The translations under genes and the position numbers were made by a program. This document shows, piece after piece, positions 1 to 12,900 of a stretch of DNA of 64,000 nt. Numbering within the stretch: position 1 is the first letter of the stretch; the number at the start of each line of letters is the position of its first letter. Source of the DNA: Yuukianura sp. NJ FZ-2021 (lineage: Eukaryota); contig CM102286.1 of NCBI GenBank assembly GCA_046563655.1, forward strand, positions 11,780,001 to 11,844,000. Reading direction: 5' to 3'. The notes below the pieces were generated by a model. The model searched no databases, was not told the DNA's origin, and saw only the letters and a list, made by a program, of their open reading frames with translations.

Positions 1-379
1 AATTAAGCTAACAATTTAATAAAAAAATCATTTAATTTAGGTTTAACAAGTAACTAATAACAGTACAGTCAATTAGGAGAAAGGAACCGCATAGTGTAAC
101 CGAATAGAACGATTAATCTTGGCGTTAATTAGCAAACAGGTGACGGGCTGGGTTAGTATTCGAGGAGTTCCAGAATCCTAACGGGAAAGTCTGAGAATAA
201 CGTAAGTTTAACGTTAGATCAATGGTAAATCGATCTAACGGTTCTGTTTCATGTCCGTAACTGTATCGTCGACTACAGTGTGTGTGTTAGTTATATTAAA
301 TTGACTTTATGTATCATGTAATAGGTTTCGGTAAACGCCTGGACAGCTCAGAGAACGGGACACCACACCGGACTGCACA

Positions 380-1596
380 ATGGACATGAATTTCTTGGAC
401 TTTGGATTGGATTCTGAATCGGAGGGCGAGGACTCTAAAATGGACTGCATGGACAGGTACTGTGAAGCAATTGTGGAATTGAATTGTTCAAGACAGTTAT
501 ACAGTATAACTGTCTTGAACAATTCAATTAACTTATACTTACGATTAGTTGAACGACTGGTTCCCATGCATTTTTCAGTGACGAAGAAGACGAAATCGAG
601 GCAGCGACGTTGCTGAAAATGATGACCAGTAAAATTCCAATGCCACATTCAAAAACCAAAAAGGAGCAGGACCTTGAAAACTTTCAGGCTGAAATGGAAA
701 TGGAACTAAACCGACGAGCACAAGCAGTGGAAACTGAGGGCGGCGTTGAACATCAAAAATCTCTGAGCCGGTCATCATCCACATCATCTCTAAATACTAC
801 ACCTTCGGCTGTCGCTTCCACTTCTAGCATGTTCGGTGACAACGTCGCTGCTGCAACGAAGGCGATGTCGCGAAAATCCAGTATAAAAAAGAAATCAGGC
901 AAAAATGAGACCGAGACCCAAGAAGCAACAGCGAAACAGAGAAGCGTACGTTTTACGGATGATCCAGCAACTGTGACGTCGGAAAAAGTTGTCAGAGACA
1001 AAGCCAAGGAAATGTATGATGAAATTTACTTCGATTCTGACGAGGACCAAGAGGAAGATTCTGAAAGCAAAGAAAAACGCAAGAGTGGCCGTAAATTCCT
1101 TACTAACGATGAGTTATTTTACGACCCAGCAGCGGACGACAAGGATCAGGATTGGGTTGACAATCAACGCACTTCATATTTTTCACCACCACAATCCAAA
1201 CCCAAAGCTGCCGGCGGTAAATCAAAATCTGCTAAACCCGAAATCAAGCCACTACCAAACTCCGATGCTGTTTTAAACTGCGCTGCGTGTTTCACAGTGC
1301 TTTGTCTTGATTGTCAGAAACACGAATTCTACGAAGGCCAGTATCGTGCCATGTTTGTTCGTAACTGTGTTACGAATAAGACTGAAAATAGATACGTTCC
1401 ATCGAAATCTGAACGATTCAAGAACCGGAAACGAAAAGTGAACGGTGAACTACCTGCTGGGAGTGTATCAATGTCAGAACCTGAACCAGCTGACATTTTC
1501 AACCCCGTGAACTGTAAAGTTTGCAATACAGAAGTTGCTGTCATTGACCGTGACGAAGTCTATCACTTCTTCAATGTCCTCTCATCGCATTCCTAG
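380..1596 (+). CDS. EAPP: E2F-associated phosphoprotein (EAPP), 2 exons
   Basis: Exons 380-456 and 579-1596, joined in frame by a GT-AG intron (457-578), give MDMNF...DSDEEDEIEAATLLKMM. The C-terminus has the EAPP-family motifs YDEIYFDSD, LTNDELFYDPAADDKDQDWV, SDAVLNCAACFTVLCLDCQKHE..QYRAMFV and PVNCKVCNTEVAVIDRDEVYHFFNVLSSHS. Confidence 0.93.
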
Positions 1597-2183
1597 GTAA
1601 CTTCACAACGTTTTTTAAATAATACTTTAGCTGTTTCTCTTCTAAACATCAATTAAAAGTAAAATAATTGCTGTAAAGCTCTTCATATTCATTCCGTTTT
1701 TACATTACTGCAAGCATTTTATTGAATTTCAACACTCGCACGGAAACGTAGTTTAGATTCTAAATTTTAGAAAACTGTAAAATCTTCAGGCTAGCTGTAG
1801 AAACACTATTAGGTGATGACACTCAAGTGACAGATAGTAGTGACACAATAACGCATATTTGACATACGCAAACATGAACCAGCTGATGCTACTATTATAA
1901 TTACCGTTAACCGATGTAATGTTAACTCTTGGTGTTGACTTAGCCTGTTAGTGTTACTAACTGTTGGGCTAGTCCTCATGTTCGTAAATCTTTCTTCCTG
2001 CTCCAAACCTCTCCCGGCGAGGATGAACCGATTAATGACACCTAAGTTTTCCTTATCAACTTAAAGTAAACGATTACCTTGGGTATTAAGACAGAAAGCA
2101 AATTCTGTTATGGGATGAGAATAAGAATAACGTTTTCTACCGAATTGATTGGGATACATAAGTAATTTAGGACAGATTCTCCT

Positions 2184-3819
2184 TCATTGAATAAACGTGC
2201 CGAAGCCTAGTGTTCTCTTCATGGCATCCCAGTAATAGCGTTCCCAACCTTCTTTCGTCTTTTCCAAGTCCCTAAAAACGAAAATATCAGTTTTTGAATC
2301 AAAGCGGTAAACTACTTAGGTAGCTACTAAATTTTGAATACTCACTCTTCAGGAACTCCTGTTTGAGTCACGTAGACGCTAGTTGACGATTCTTTCTGCT
2401 CCATGGTGAGTGTCACCTTGGAATACTCTGGCCACTCCTTAAACTTCCAGTGCTGGACAATTTTCTTGTCTGGTTCCAGTTCCAGAATGGTTCCGATTAC
2501 ATTACCACCGAACATTGAGAAGTTCCCGCCAACTTTTCCGTCGATTTTCCCAGAACCGTTGGTAAAAATGCTGAATTCCTGGGTTACATGTTACTAATCT
2601 GAACTCAAATGTCGGTTTATGGTTGTTGTTACAGAAAAGTTTAACTTACGTATTCATTCGTTAGTGCTCGGTACAGTTCTTCCGCTTTGCATTTCATAGA
2701 AGTTGACGTCGTCAGCGTTTGGTATTTCTTGTTAGCTTGATCAGAAGAGGCCGGAGCTTTCGGATTTATGCTGCACTATAATTTGAGAATATATGAACAT
2801 CGTAATAAAATGTTGACATTTACAGGTTGGATCCGAATCCTTACCTTGTTAAATCCACTAGACATTTTGTTGACAGACTGCTTTGACTCCACGTTTCCGT
2901 TCTTGTTTGGCAGGATCATCCCTTGAGTAAATTGGGTCTTCAGAGCATCGACGTAATTTTGAAGTTGGTTTTTCACTGCTTTCACACCATCATGTCGTAA
3001 AGCTTCCTTCAATAGCTCATCTTGTGCGGATGTTCCACTGGGTTTGAACTGAATCTGGATGAATTGAATTAAAGATTTACGTCATTGAGTTAAAGTTGAA
3101 TCAGTGCAAATTCAAATGAATTGCATACATCGAGATCATCGGCGTCATTTTCGTCACTCAAGTTAGGAATTTTGATGGATCCAGTTAGTTCTTTATCAAC
3201 TCCAAACAGTTTGGCTTTGTATTTCAACTTTAGATCCCATTCATAAAAAATAATAATTTTCCCTTTGCGATTATTCGCAGAGGCATCTCCATCACATTTT
3301 TCGATTTCCGTGATTTCGCAATCGCCTGAAATTGTTCAAGTAAGAATCTTTTTTCAACTTAACAACTTAAGTATTACATATTCGAAAAAAAAAGCAATTC
3401 TCAAATTCAAAAATTGATCCGTACCCACTTTGTTCTCGATTTTAAAATTCAGTAATAGTTCGCGTAACTTATCCTTCGACCAGTTTTGTGCATTCTTCTC
3501 TGTCCTGTGAATATTTTAGTAAAACAATGATATTAAGTAAAAGTAATAATCTTACAGTAACTCTATGTAATTGTATAAGCTTGTTTCGGACTCCACAGCT
3601 TCCTTACCAGTGCCAATTGTTGACATTAGTAGCATCAGGTCGCTCTTCAACAATCCACCGTGGGTCACCTTAAAAATAAATTGGAAAAACGTGTTGGCTC
3701 AGTATTCAGTAAACTTATAATCAACCATAGAAATAAATACTCTATGCACTACTATTTTTCTGCGTAACAATGATTGATATCACTATTTCTTTGAATTTAC
3801 CTTCTCCCCATTTTGCCAT
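2184..3819 (-). CDS. AHSA1: Activator of Hsp90 ATPase 1 (Aha1), 8 exons
   Basis: Exons (minus): 3801-3819, 3608-3668, 3425-3504, 3129-3325, 2845-3054, 2650-2775, 2346-2578, 2184-2271. Translation starts MAKWGEGDPRWIVEERPDATNVNNWHWTEKNA, contains NNRKGKIIFFYEW and ends KTKEGWERYYWDAMKRTLGFGTFIQ*. These are diagnostic Aha1 motifs. Confidence 0.96.
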
Positions 3820-4025
3820 TTTGGAGCTTAGTACTTAATTGGACAGAACGGAGGATGTCAAGTTCCAGGTATACTGAAGATCTCTGCCAAATTGGTGGTT
3901 TTGACAGTAATCTAAACTAAGGATTTATTAATTTACTGTAAATTTTTGCATAAAAGTAACTCTCTTTCCTAATGAAATCAAGCGATGATATTGAAGTGCA
4001 ACAGTAGTGCAAGTGAAAGGAGGAA

Positions 4026-4040
4026 TGAAACTTCTAGAAA
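4026..4040. promoter_or_regulatory. Heat-shock element (HSF binding site) upstream of AHSA1
   Basis: tGAAacTTCtaGAAa is a perfect three-unit nGAAnnTTCnnGAAn, about 210 bp upstream of the AHSA1 ATG. Aha1 is an established HSF target. Confidence 0.75.
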
Positions 4041-4379
4041 ATCAGAGGAAAATCTCACTCCTTGAAACGTGAAACCGGGCGAATTCAACCGCCTCACCTT
4101 TAGAAACCTGTGCATAATCATAGCGCACCCAGCCCAGCTTCCCCGCGCAGGGGAACCTCATGCGCCCCCCGGCTTAGTATGAATTATTTCATGCTTGATT
4201 TCATAATTTGATTGTTAATTAATTAATTAATAAGTTTATTTAGAGCTAAGTTTTTCACTATTGATACTAGTAGTACGACTGGATACGAGTAAAATGTAGT
4301 CCAATTATTGGGTAAACCCGGGTTAATGGTAAACGGGTAGCGAGTAGAAATCGGTGCCCCATTGGGAAAAATTTTACTC

Positions 4380-5138
4380 TAGTGGGCAAGCACCGATTTT
4401 TTTCAAATTTTTTTTGTGAACACCCTATGGACCCCTGATAACGAAAATATAATTTTTTTTGAGGGGTCTCAAAAAAAAAATATTTTTTCGAAATTTTGAA
4501 AAAAAAATTTCGAAATTTTTTTTTGTTTCCGATTTGGCTCAAAATCGGTTTTTAGACTAATTTAGGTGTGCTAAACACGAATATGAAAGAATTTTTGTTC
4601 TAGGATGTAAGACAAATAAGTTACGCAATTTCTTAAGAAATCGTACTATGAGAAATGTAAGGGCAACTTATACCCAAAGTTTGCGTATGGGCATCAGTGA
4701 TGCCATAAAACTTGGTACTGAAAGTAATAATCACTGTTGTGAATCTAACCAAACCTAACACCGCGCCTTCGGCGCGGGAAAATACAACTTGATCTAACTA
4801 GAATGAAAGAGTAAATAAGGCTGCCTGTTTGAACCCAACCTACCTCAGCGACCTAACCTATCTAACCTCGTAGAAGGAATAGCTTTAAAAATTCGTAACT
4901 TTTTTGTGTTACATTTTAGAACAAAAATTCTTTCATATTCGTGTTTAGAACACTTAAATTAGTCTAAAAACCAATTTTGAGCCAAATCGGAGACAAAAAA
5001 AAATTTCGAACTATTTTTTCAAAATTTCGAAAAAATATTTTTTTTTTGAGACCCCTCAAAAAAAATTATATTTTCGTTATCAGGGGTCCATAGGGTGTTC
5101 ACAAAAAAAATTTCAAGAAAATCGGTGCTTGCCCACTA
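4380..5138. mobile_element. Non-autonomous DNA transposon (MITE/foldback) with ~250 bp terminal inverted repeats
   Basis: 4380-~4630 (tagtgggcaagcaccgattttt...) is the near-perfect reverse complement of ~4890-5138 (...aaaatcggtgcttgcccacta). The flanks carry a direct repeat: ctc, or tactcta if the terminal TA is counted as part of the TSD. No credible transposase ORF. Confidence 0.9.
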
Positions 5139-6022
5139 CTCTACACTTATACCCCCCATTGCGCATTTCTGTAATTTACTAATGTGGTTACCATCTGGAT
5201 ACATTTGAACGGATTTGTCCGTACTGCAACCAAGAGGAAATGAAGAAAAAAAAAGAAGAGGGTGCGGGGATGATGGAGCTGTCTATTACCTCGTAATCTT
5301 CACCTCCTATGCTGCTATTTGTAGCATAACCCCTCCTGCCGCCGTCCTCTGCTTGTTCTATTCTTTCCCCATTCCAGTTTGATGCTATTCGTTCGTGGTT
5401 CTCTTGAGGTTCGTGTTTATTTCCGAATCCGACCGAGCCGATCCAGTTCGTTTATCACAGTCGTCGTTCGTCGATCGAGACTGGTATCGGTTGCTTTTTC
5501 TTGTTCTGATTCCGAACCGGTCCAAGTCGAGCCGAAACTGAAATACGACCTTATAGATAGTTCTGTAATACAGGAGTAATAAGCAACCGCGAAAGCATCC
5601 ATATTCGATCCGACGATCCGAGAAGAGAAATGATCATCGCTTAATTATTGCTGGAGGCTTCACATCTACCGTGGAGACGAGTAGAGGAACAGATAACGTA
5701 AGGCGACACTTTTCTAGTAGATCATAAAACCTTTGCCGTTAAAACACTGAAAACTTAAGAATCTCTGATCCCACTCACTTTGATTTGTTCCTTCCAGCGC
5801 TGATGACCTTGACGTTTTAGGAGCTGACGGCTCCTTTGCGAATCTCCTTTTTTGTTGGAAGATACGCATTGAAGCGACAAAGGTGTGACGTGACGGAAAC
5901 AAACGTCCTTGAAAGAGCCGAACAGTGTCGTGCAGCGACAGCCATTTACAACACCAACACCGACATCCGGCGGACTATCAGACTTGAACTAACCGTGAAT
6001 CGGTTTCGACGTTGAAGAAAAA

Positions 6023-9000
6023 ATGTCTATACGAACCAACCAGTTCAGCGGAACAATTTTGTGAGTACTAAAACTGAAATTTTAAACTAAAACTAATCAC
6101 AAGTATACAATTATAAGATTCGGTAGCAGTCTTTTATAAAAACTTTTCAAACCTATTTCTCGAACATAGTACATCCTAAATTGGCAACATGACATGGCAA
6201 TTACTAAATATCAGTCAATAAAAAAGTAACCGTATTTCGATTTCTTCAGTTCTGGAGGAACCACAACATCCCGACCTTCACCGGTATCCAATGGCCATCC
6301 TGGAATTTGGCCTGGAAGGACTTCTGTTCCATCGCCATCATCCACGTTAAGCATCGGGACCGCGGGCGACCAACCAACAGTTCCCACAGATGTTTTCCGT
6401 AATCGCGAAGGAGGTAATAATTACGTTTCAATTTATGGATTACTTCAAGGAACTAAATGGAGATAATGTTCCGTTATTATGGTAGGCGGTGGGATGCGGG
6501 TAGGAAAAGATTTCCAAGCACGGATTCCAGCCTGCTGTGCCCAGAATAAAGGTAAGCCAACGCCTACAATCATCAACATCATAGACAAGGTCAAATTCTG
6601 AAAATCAAAAATTGGAATGTGGCCATGAGTCCATCTTCAACTTAAACACGGTAAAGAGGTCTTTCCGTCCGGTTTTAGAATCAAGTCTGTGAATCAAAAG
6701 CTTTATAACTGTTGTACTATTTAATTTTTAAATTTTTATTGCCGATTGTCAGAGTCGTAGAAACATTTGTAAGCAGTAGTACAAATAAGCAAACATCTTA
6801 TCTTTGTTTTTTCTTTAGAAAAACTAATTCATCAAGATGTGGAACGAGCGTTGCTTGTGTGGTGCCCAACGGAGAAAGTTTCTGACGCTGACAGTAAGAA
6901 AATTACAAAAATATTCTTACAAATTCTGCTAATTCACAACCTTGTTGCTGATTTGTTTTTACAGTAAATGGATACCTAAAAGTTGCCAATGAGAAGTTTA
7001 CATACAGTCGGGAACAGGCACTGGGGCTGCTTTACTGGCACAACTACGATATTCCAAAAGCGCTAGAAGACTTGGGCAACTTTACGCCACATCCTGAAGA
7101 GTGGACCATTGAAGACAAAATTCAATTTGAGCAAGCTTTTCAATTCCACGGAAAGGCATTCGACCGTATCCGTCAAATGGTAAGTTACAAGATAGTACAG
7201 TTCGTTATACAATTAATTAATTCCGTAAACTGTTTCAATGTCGGAGTCGGTAGTTTATCAAATTAGCTAAGCAAAAGTTCTTGGTAGTTAATCAAACCTT
7301 ATATTTTTCGTCGTTACGTATCTGTCTCAGTCCTTTAGACATCATATATCTACTCTTCTTGTTTTTGCTATTTCAGCTTCCTGATAAATCCATGTCCAGC
7401 CTCATCCGCTACTACTACAAGTGGAAGAAGACACGGAACAAGTCCAGTGTAATGGACAGACATTCGAAGAGAATTAGTCAGAATAGTGGAACAGAATCTT
7501 GTGCAGCGTCGGTATCTTCATCATCCTGTACAGTCCAAAGGTCTTCATCCTCCAATAATCCAAATTACAGTCTGAACGTGATATCACAGCGTCAGCCTGC
7601 TGCTCAGCTCCCGGACGACGACACCGATGATATTACCGTAATTGAAAATGCCTACTAGCACTTTACCGATTACTTCACAATCCTTTAGGAACATTCAGAA
7701 ATAAGCTATTCAGGAAATTAAGGTCAGTTAACGGTTAACTTCAGGTTGCAAGGATAGAACCATCAACAATGCATTTAGCACCTCATCTTTCATCTCCCCT
7801 AAACAGATTCACGTCACACTTCCGTTTCACACTCTATCCAATATTTTTCTCGTTACAGTTTGATTTCTATCCTTATTTTACTTTCGAAGAGTGCGAATGA
7901 AACGATCTGCTGTCGATTTTTGAACAGTTAATCAATGTCTCTCTATAATCCACTTAAAACAGAGCTGAGCTAAGTATTAACTCATTACAAAAAGCTAATT
8001 TATTTACAACTCCTAGAGTTTAACTTACGCCTCGTGATAGGTTTCAATTAATTATTAAGGAATTGCTTAGGAGAATATATTTTTTAAGGTTTAGAGCAGA
8101 GGGGCAATACTTCCAGTAAGTTACCTGTCGCATTTAATTCATGACTCTCCAAGACTTTGTTCATATGACAGTTAGTTTTTTCCCACCAATACCTTTGCGA
8201 CAACATGCTGCGGCAATATCAGTACACGACGAGTATGCGTGTTCCGTTCATGTAATGCTTTATATTACTTCTGATAGAGAACTTTTTATTTTCACGACGA
8301 TTACTATGATTAATTAATGTTTCGTTGACTAAAAATAAACGGTGACCAGGCGCCTTCGCCTGGTTTTCATTTTTTAAATAATAATTAACTTATAATTATT
8401 TGTTTTAAATACAGAAGAGGCAAAATGGAGAGGCTGAGGGATGTTGCGGGAATTGTGGTGTTCCTTGTACAAATGTTTACGGAGAAGATAATGTTTGCAA
8501 AACCTGCTATTTATACTGGAAGTAGGTACCCAAATATTCCAAATTAGAATTCATGCATGAAAATGTACACAAACGTACATTTAGCGTTAGCATTTCAAAA
8601 TTTCAAAAAAATTTGGGAAACTTTTTGATATTGATTGGTAGGAAAACGGGAAACATTCGCCCCTTGACGGGTCCCTTGAAGCGAGGAGATAAGCAAATCC
8701 TGGGAGTTTTTCGTCAGAAACGTAACCCTCCTTCGGGCATGTACATTAATCACGGTACGTAAAAATCATGCAAGATTAAGGATTAACGATTAGCGTTGTT
8801 AGCGTTGATCCATCTCCAGTATATCCAAAGATGTTTCTCTATTTGAAGTTGATTAGTTTCCCGCAATGTTAAAAATTTTCCAGATGACCTCACTATACTC
8901 GCTTCGGCTCCTCCTCAGGCTGAAAATATTGTGATCGAAGGGCTCGAAAAAGATCTGCTCGATTCCAAGTACTCGGTAGGGCTATTCATGTTCAATTTGT

Positions 9001-9679
9001 TCTGCTCATCCTTCATGTACTAGCGAAATCCAGCATTCAAGTTAGGTTAGGCCGGCAAACCTAACATTAACCTGGCCTCGCATGTTCAGCTTACTCGCTT
9101 CCTACATTTGCGTAGCAGTACTTGTCTACCGCAGCAGAACTAGCACATTCTCTATCTTTCATTTGTTCACTACGTTGTCCGTCGCTTCATCTCAGGCATT
9201 TGCCGCTTGACGTAACTTTTTCAGATTCAGAACGTGAAGCAACAAATTGACATACTCAAGCGACGAATTCCTGCTGATGGCGACATTGACAAGCTAAAAC
9301 TGGGGCCAGTTGTAGCCAATCCACGGGTGAATGCAAGATGGACTCACGAGGAGCTTTTCCTGGCAGCACAAGGTAAGGTCATTGACCCCATGACAATATT
9401 TAGTTCAGAAGTTTAGGCATTAACAATATCGCGTATTCCTAATTGATTGAATTAATGGATACCACAATAAGGTTGTGGTTCTGATTCAACATAGGCGTAA
9501 GGTTATACGGTAAAGACTTGAGCAAAATAGCAGAAGTCATTCCAACAAAATCAGAGGCTCATATCAAATCCTTCTACGTCAACCACCAACACAACCGTAG
9601 ATTTGGACTGGATGACCTTGTCAAGGAACAGCAAATGGAAATGGTAGAGGAAGTTGAACCAAATCTCTCGCCTTCCTAA
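6023..9679 (+). CDS. CoRest: REST corepressor (CoREST/RCOR): ELM2-SANT1-Cys4 motif-linker-SANT2, 11 coding exons
   Basis: Exons about 6023-6060, 6250-6413, 6486-6551, 6819-6893, 6965-7179, 7377-7637, 8415-8521, 8642-8754, 8884-8975, 9225-9372, 9495-9679. Motifs: ELM2 GMRVGKDFQARIP and ERALLVWCP; EQALGLLYWH; SANT1 [63 protein letters not shown]; SANT2 NARWTHEELFLAAQGVRLYGKDLSKIAEVIPTKSEAHIKSFY. The start exon is less certain than the rest. Confidence 0.92.
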
Positions 9680-9990
9680 AAACGGCAGCTACAAATATTT
9701 AGTTTTTCCAAAAACTTTGATATTAATGTTATAAATTACAAAGGTAAATCAAAGTACCTTACTCGTTATACTTATAAGAAATTGTTAAGATAAGTTCCAG
9801 ATTTTTCAAGAAAAGAACTTCCTACAACTCCAAAAACGATTCCAGTAAAAGCGCAGGGCCAAGTACGTTACTACACAATTTGTTAAGGTTTCCTTTATCT
9901 CATTTTCAGTAGCACATGAAACACAAAGTAGCGGTTAAAATGTTAAGTTATCTGAAGCTGTTTAGTAACAGTGTGCGGTGTCGTACTGGC

Positions 9991-12900
9991 TTACTCGTGT
10001 TCTTGACAGGAGAAATGGACGATTGAACCGTCGGGGTATCGAGCAAAGGCACTGTAAAATGAAGTAGGGATTTCATTAGACTAATTAAGTATTAGTTGGA
10101 GCTTATCGAATACTCGAATATTATATTTTACATAAGATGTGAAGGAATAAATTAGTTACATAAGTACCTTTGATTGGTGAAGCGTTTACGACAGACATCA
10201 CAGACAGTATTTTCAGAGACTCTGAAAAGTTCAGACTCACGACGAGATTTTTCAGCGGACGCCTGAGTAGAACAGAACCGTTTTTCAACAAATCTTTAGT
10301 ATGCTTTGATCTACTTCGATTTTACTTACCCTCAGAAACTCCGATTTTGTTAGTCCTTTTTGAATGAGTAGTTTACGTCGTTCTGAGAAATGGTTTTGAA
10401 CACTAGTCTTTAAAAAGTTCTGGATTTGATTGACTTCGATATCATCGGGTAAACATTTGAGAGCCTGTAAAAGCAGCAAGTATACATTTAAGTTGTGTCT
10501 AACACTGACCTAACACCGTTTAGGAAGTGACATAGTTTGGTTTGACTTACACGAAATGGTTCAATGCATGGAGCATAGTCATGTAAAAGTTTTAGTGCAC
10601 TTGGGAGGTCTGGAGTTTCTCTTTCTTTTCCTTCGTCTTCAGCGTCAGCATCACTCGGTGGGCTTAGCAGCATCTTCATCAGAAGCGTAAAAACCTTACA
10701 GAGAAAAAAACAGTGGCTAACATTATATAATGCCGTACATGCCGTACAAATCATGTGAAGATACAACAGTTTCTGAGACTTACTTCTTTCTTGGCAGGAT
10801 GTGTACGTTCGTAGACCTTCTTGCAGTACTCGAGTGCTTTGGTTTTGTCTTTCAACTTCGTGATGTAGATTTGAAGAGCATTATCATGACGACCAATTCG
10901 AGCATTCAGTAGAGCTCGTTCTTCGTACATGCCTGTTGATAATTAGTATAACGTCAGGACATCAATTAATTATAATCTAATGCAATCACGCATTGACTTC
11001 AAGTTGACACTTTTACTCGCCTGTGTATGGAAAGTGGACTAGAACGTGTTCAGCTGTGTAGTATTTGGAGTTTTGCAGAAATTCAAGCATCTTCGCCTGA
11101 AGCTCTTCACGTTTTGGATCCTTGTCAGCATCGGGGTTGCAGAGCCTCTCTCGGTACTGAATAATTAGCGCATTGTGGAAAATTGCGTTTTTGTCTCCCC
11201 AAACATGTATGATGTGCTCCAGATATGGAATGACAAGCGGTAAAAAGTTGTTGGCTAGAAAGTCGTAGACCCTTGCCCTTGGTAGAGATTCCACTTCTTG
11301 AATATCCCTGAGAACAAGGAAATAGGAAGTTAATTATAAAGCTTTATAGTTCATATTTGCAATAGAAACTCAACAATAGTTGCCCTTACTCTGTGAATAT
11401 GCGAAGTCCATCTTCCAGAGGGCGCTCCATCAAAACTTGCTTTGAGAATTCTAGAATAAGATCCATGTGAGTTGGGCCCAAATGCTGGAGGTACTGGATG
11501 ATCCTCTCATAGTTCTTTTCGCGAATAAGGAGTTCCAGTGCCTTCTTATGCAGTCCCCTCGTTTCATACAGAATCACTAACTCTTTTAGCTTCCCATGCC
11601 TTTTCAATGCTCGTTCGGTCTCCTCCAGATGACAGTAGTTTTTCAGTCTCACAAGAGATGCGATGAGAGACTCGTTGATCTAGATAGTAAATTGGTTTCA
11701 CATAATTCCGAAGTCTAATATGAGTAAACGCAATTGATTGCTTCAACTTTCGTACCTGTAAGTAGCATTTGAGCAACGTTGTGTCAATTATCTGAAGTAA
11801 TTGATTCTTCGTGCGAACTGTAGAAGTTCCTTCACCAAGAGCTAGTGCGCTAGTTTTGTACTTGGACTTAGCGTCAGGTAAAGGTATTAGCCCTCTGCGA
11901 ACCTAAGGAAAGCAAATGAATAAAAAAAATTGTCGATTTTGCGTAAAGCGGTTATCATAAAAACAGTTTTTGCAAAATACTAACCTCTATTAAGAATTTG
12001 ACCAAAGCACTGAGTCCGTCCTCCAGATCCTTTCCTTGTAACTCGGGAATACGAGAAGGATATTCTAGCTTGTTACGCTGCTCAGGAGGTAAGAGTCCAG
12101 GAAATAATCCAATGACATGAGACGCATCTGAAAAATTACACAACGCCAATAACAACCTTCACCTCAAATATTTAGTCCCGTTTCACCAATCACCAACACC
12201 AAAAACAGTAACTAACCAGCTTCTAATTCAGAGAAAATATCCATTGCTCCGACGAAGTCCTTGTTGCAAAATAGATTGATAGCATGAAATTTCTGAATTC
12301 GTTCAATCTGTTCCTGCCGCTGTTCTTCTGGCAGACCATCCCAAAGTCTCTGCAAATACAAATTCAGCAACGATTGTAATTCAGCTTTGCTAGTAAGCAG
12401 TACTTTACAGTTTCATTCGTATGCATGCATCACCTACCGCCAAACTGAGAGCCACTTCAAACTGCTTTTCTTCCAGAAATGATGCAATTTGTGTCTCAAC
12501 GGGGCAAGACTTCAGACACCAAATGGAATTTGAAGAAGCTACATAAATGTGACCTCGCTTCGTGCGTGTCATGAGTTTGGCACCCGGCAGAGGAAACGAG
12601 TCAATCTGAAGCTTAGGTTGAATTGTTCGGATCTCCACATTCTTTCCACAAATAGCAATCAAGTACGGCTCGTCATAAACTGAAAGTAAACGACAAATTA
12701 CTATGAAATACCTTCAAATTAAATACGCAAATGTTGTACCGAGTGCTGAAGGGACATCGCTCCATTCTACTCCTTGTATCTTGCCTTTACTGCTCCTATC
12801 GCCGCAAATTAGAATTGACTTCCGGTCTTGAACCAAGGCGAAAACGAACATATCTGTTGTAACTGGGGAAATTATAGGCTCGCCTTGCTTGCTTGTTGCA

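Noticed and set aside
4380..5138. CACTA/EnSpm element
   Set aside because: CACTA elements begin with CACTA and end with TAGTG; here the orientation is reversed.
9050..9100. HDV-like ribozyme (starts GGCCGGCA) or telomerase RNA template (AACCUAAC)
   Set aside because: No P1 3' strand or nested double pseudoknot for HDV. The 8-mer alone, in a short intron, is insufficient evidence for telomerase RNA.
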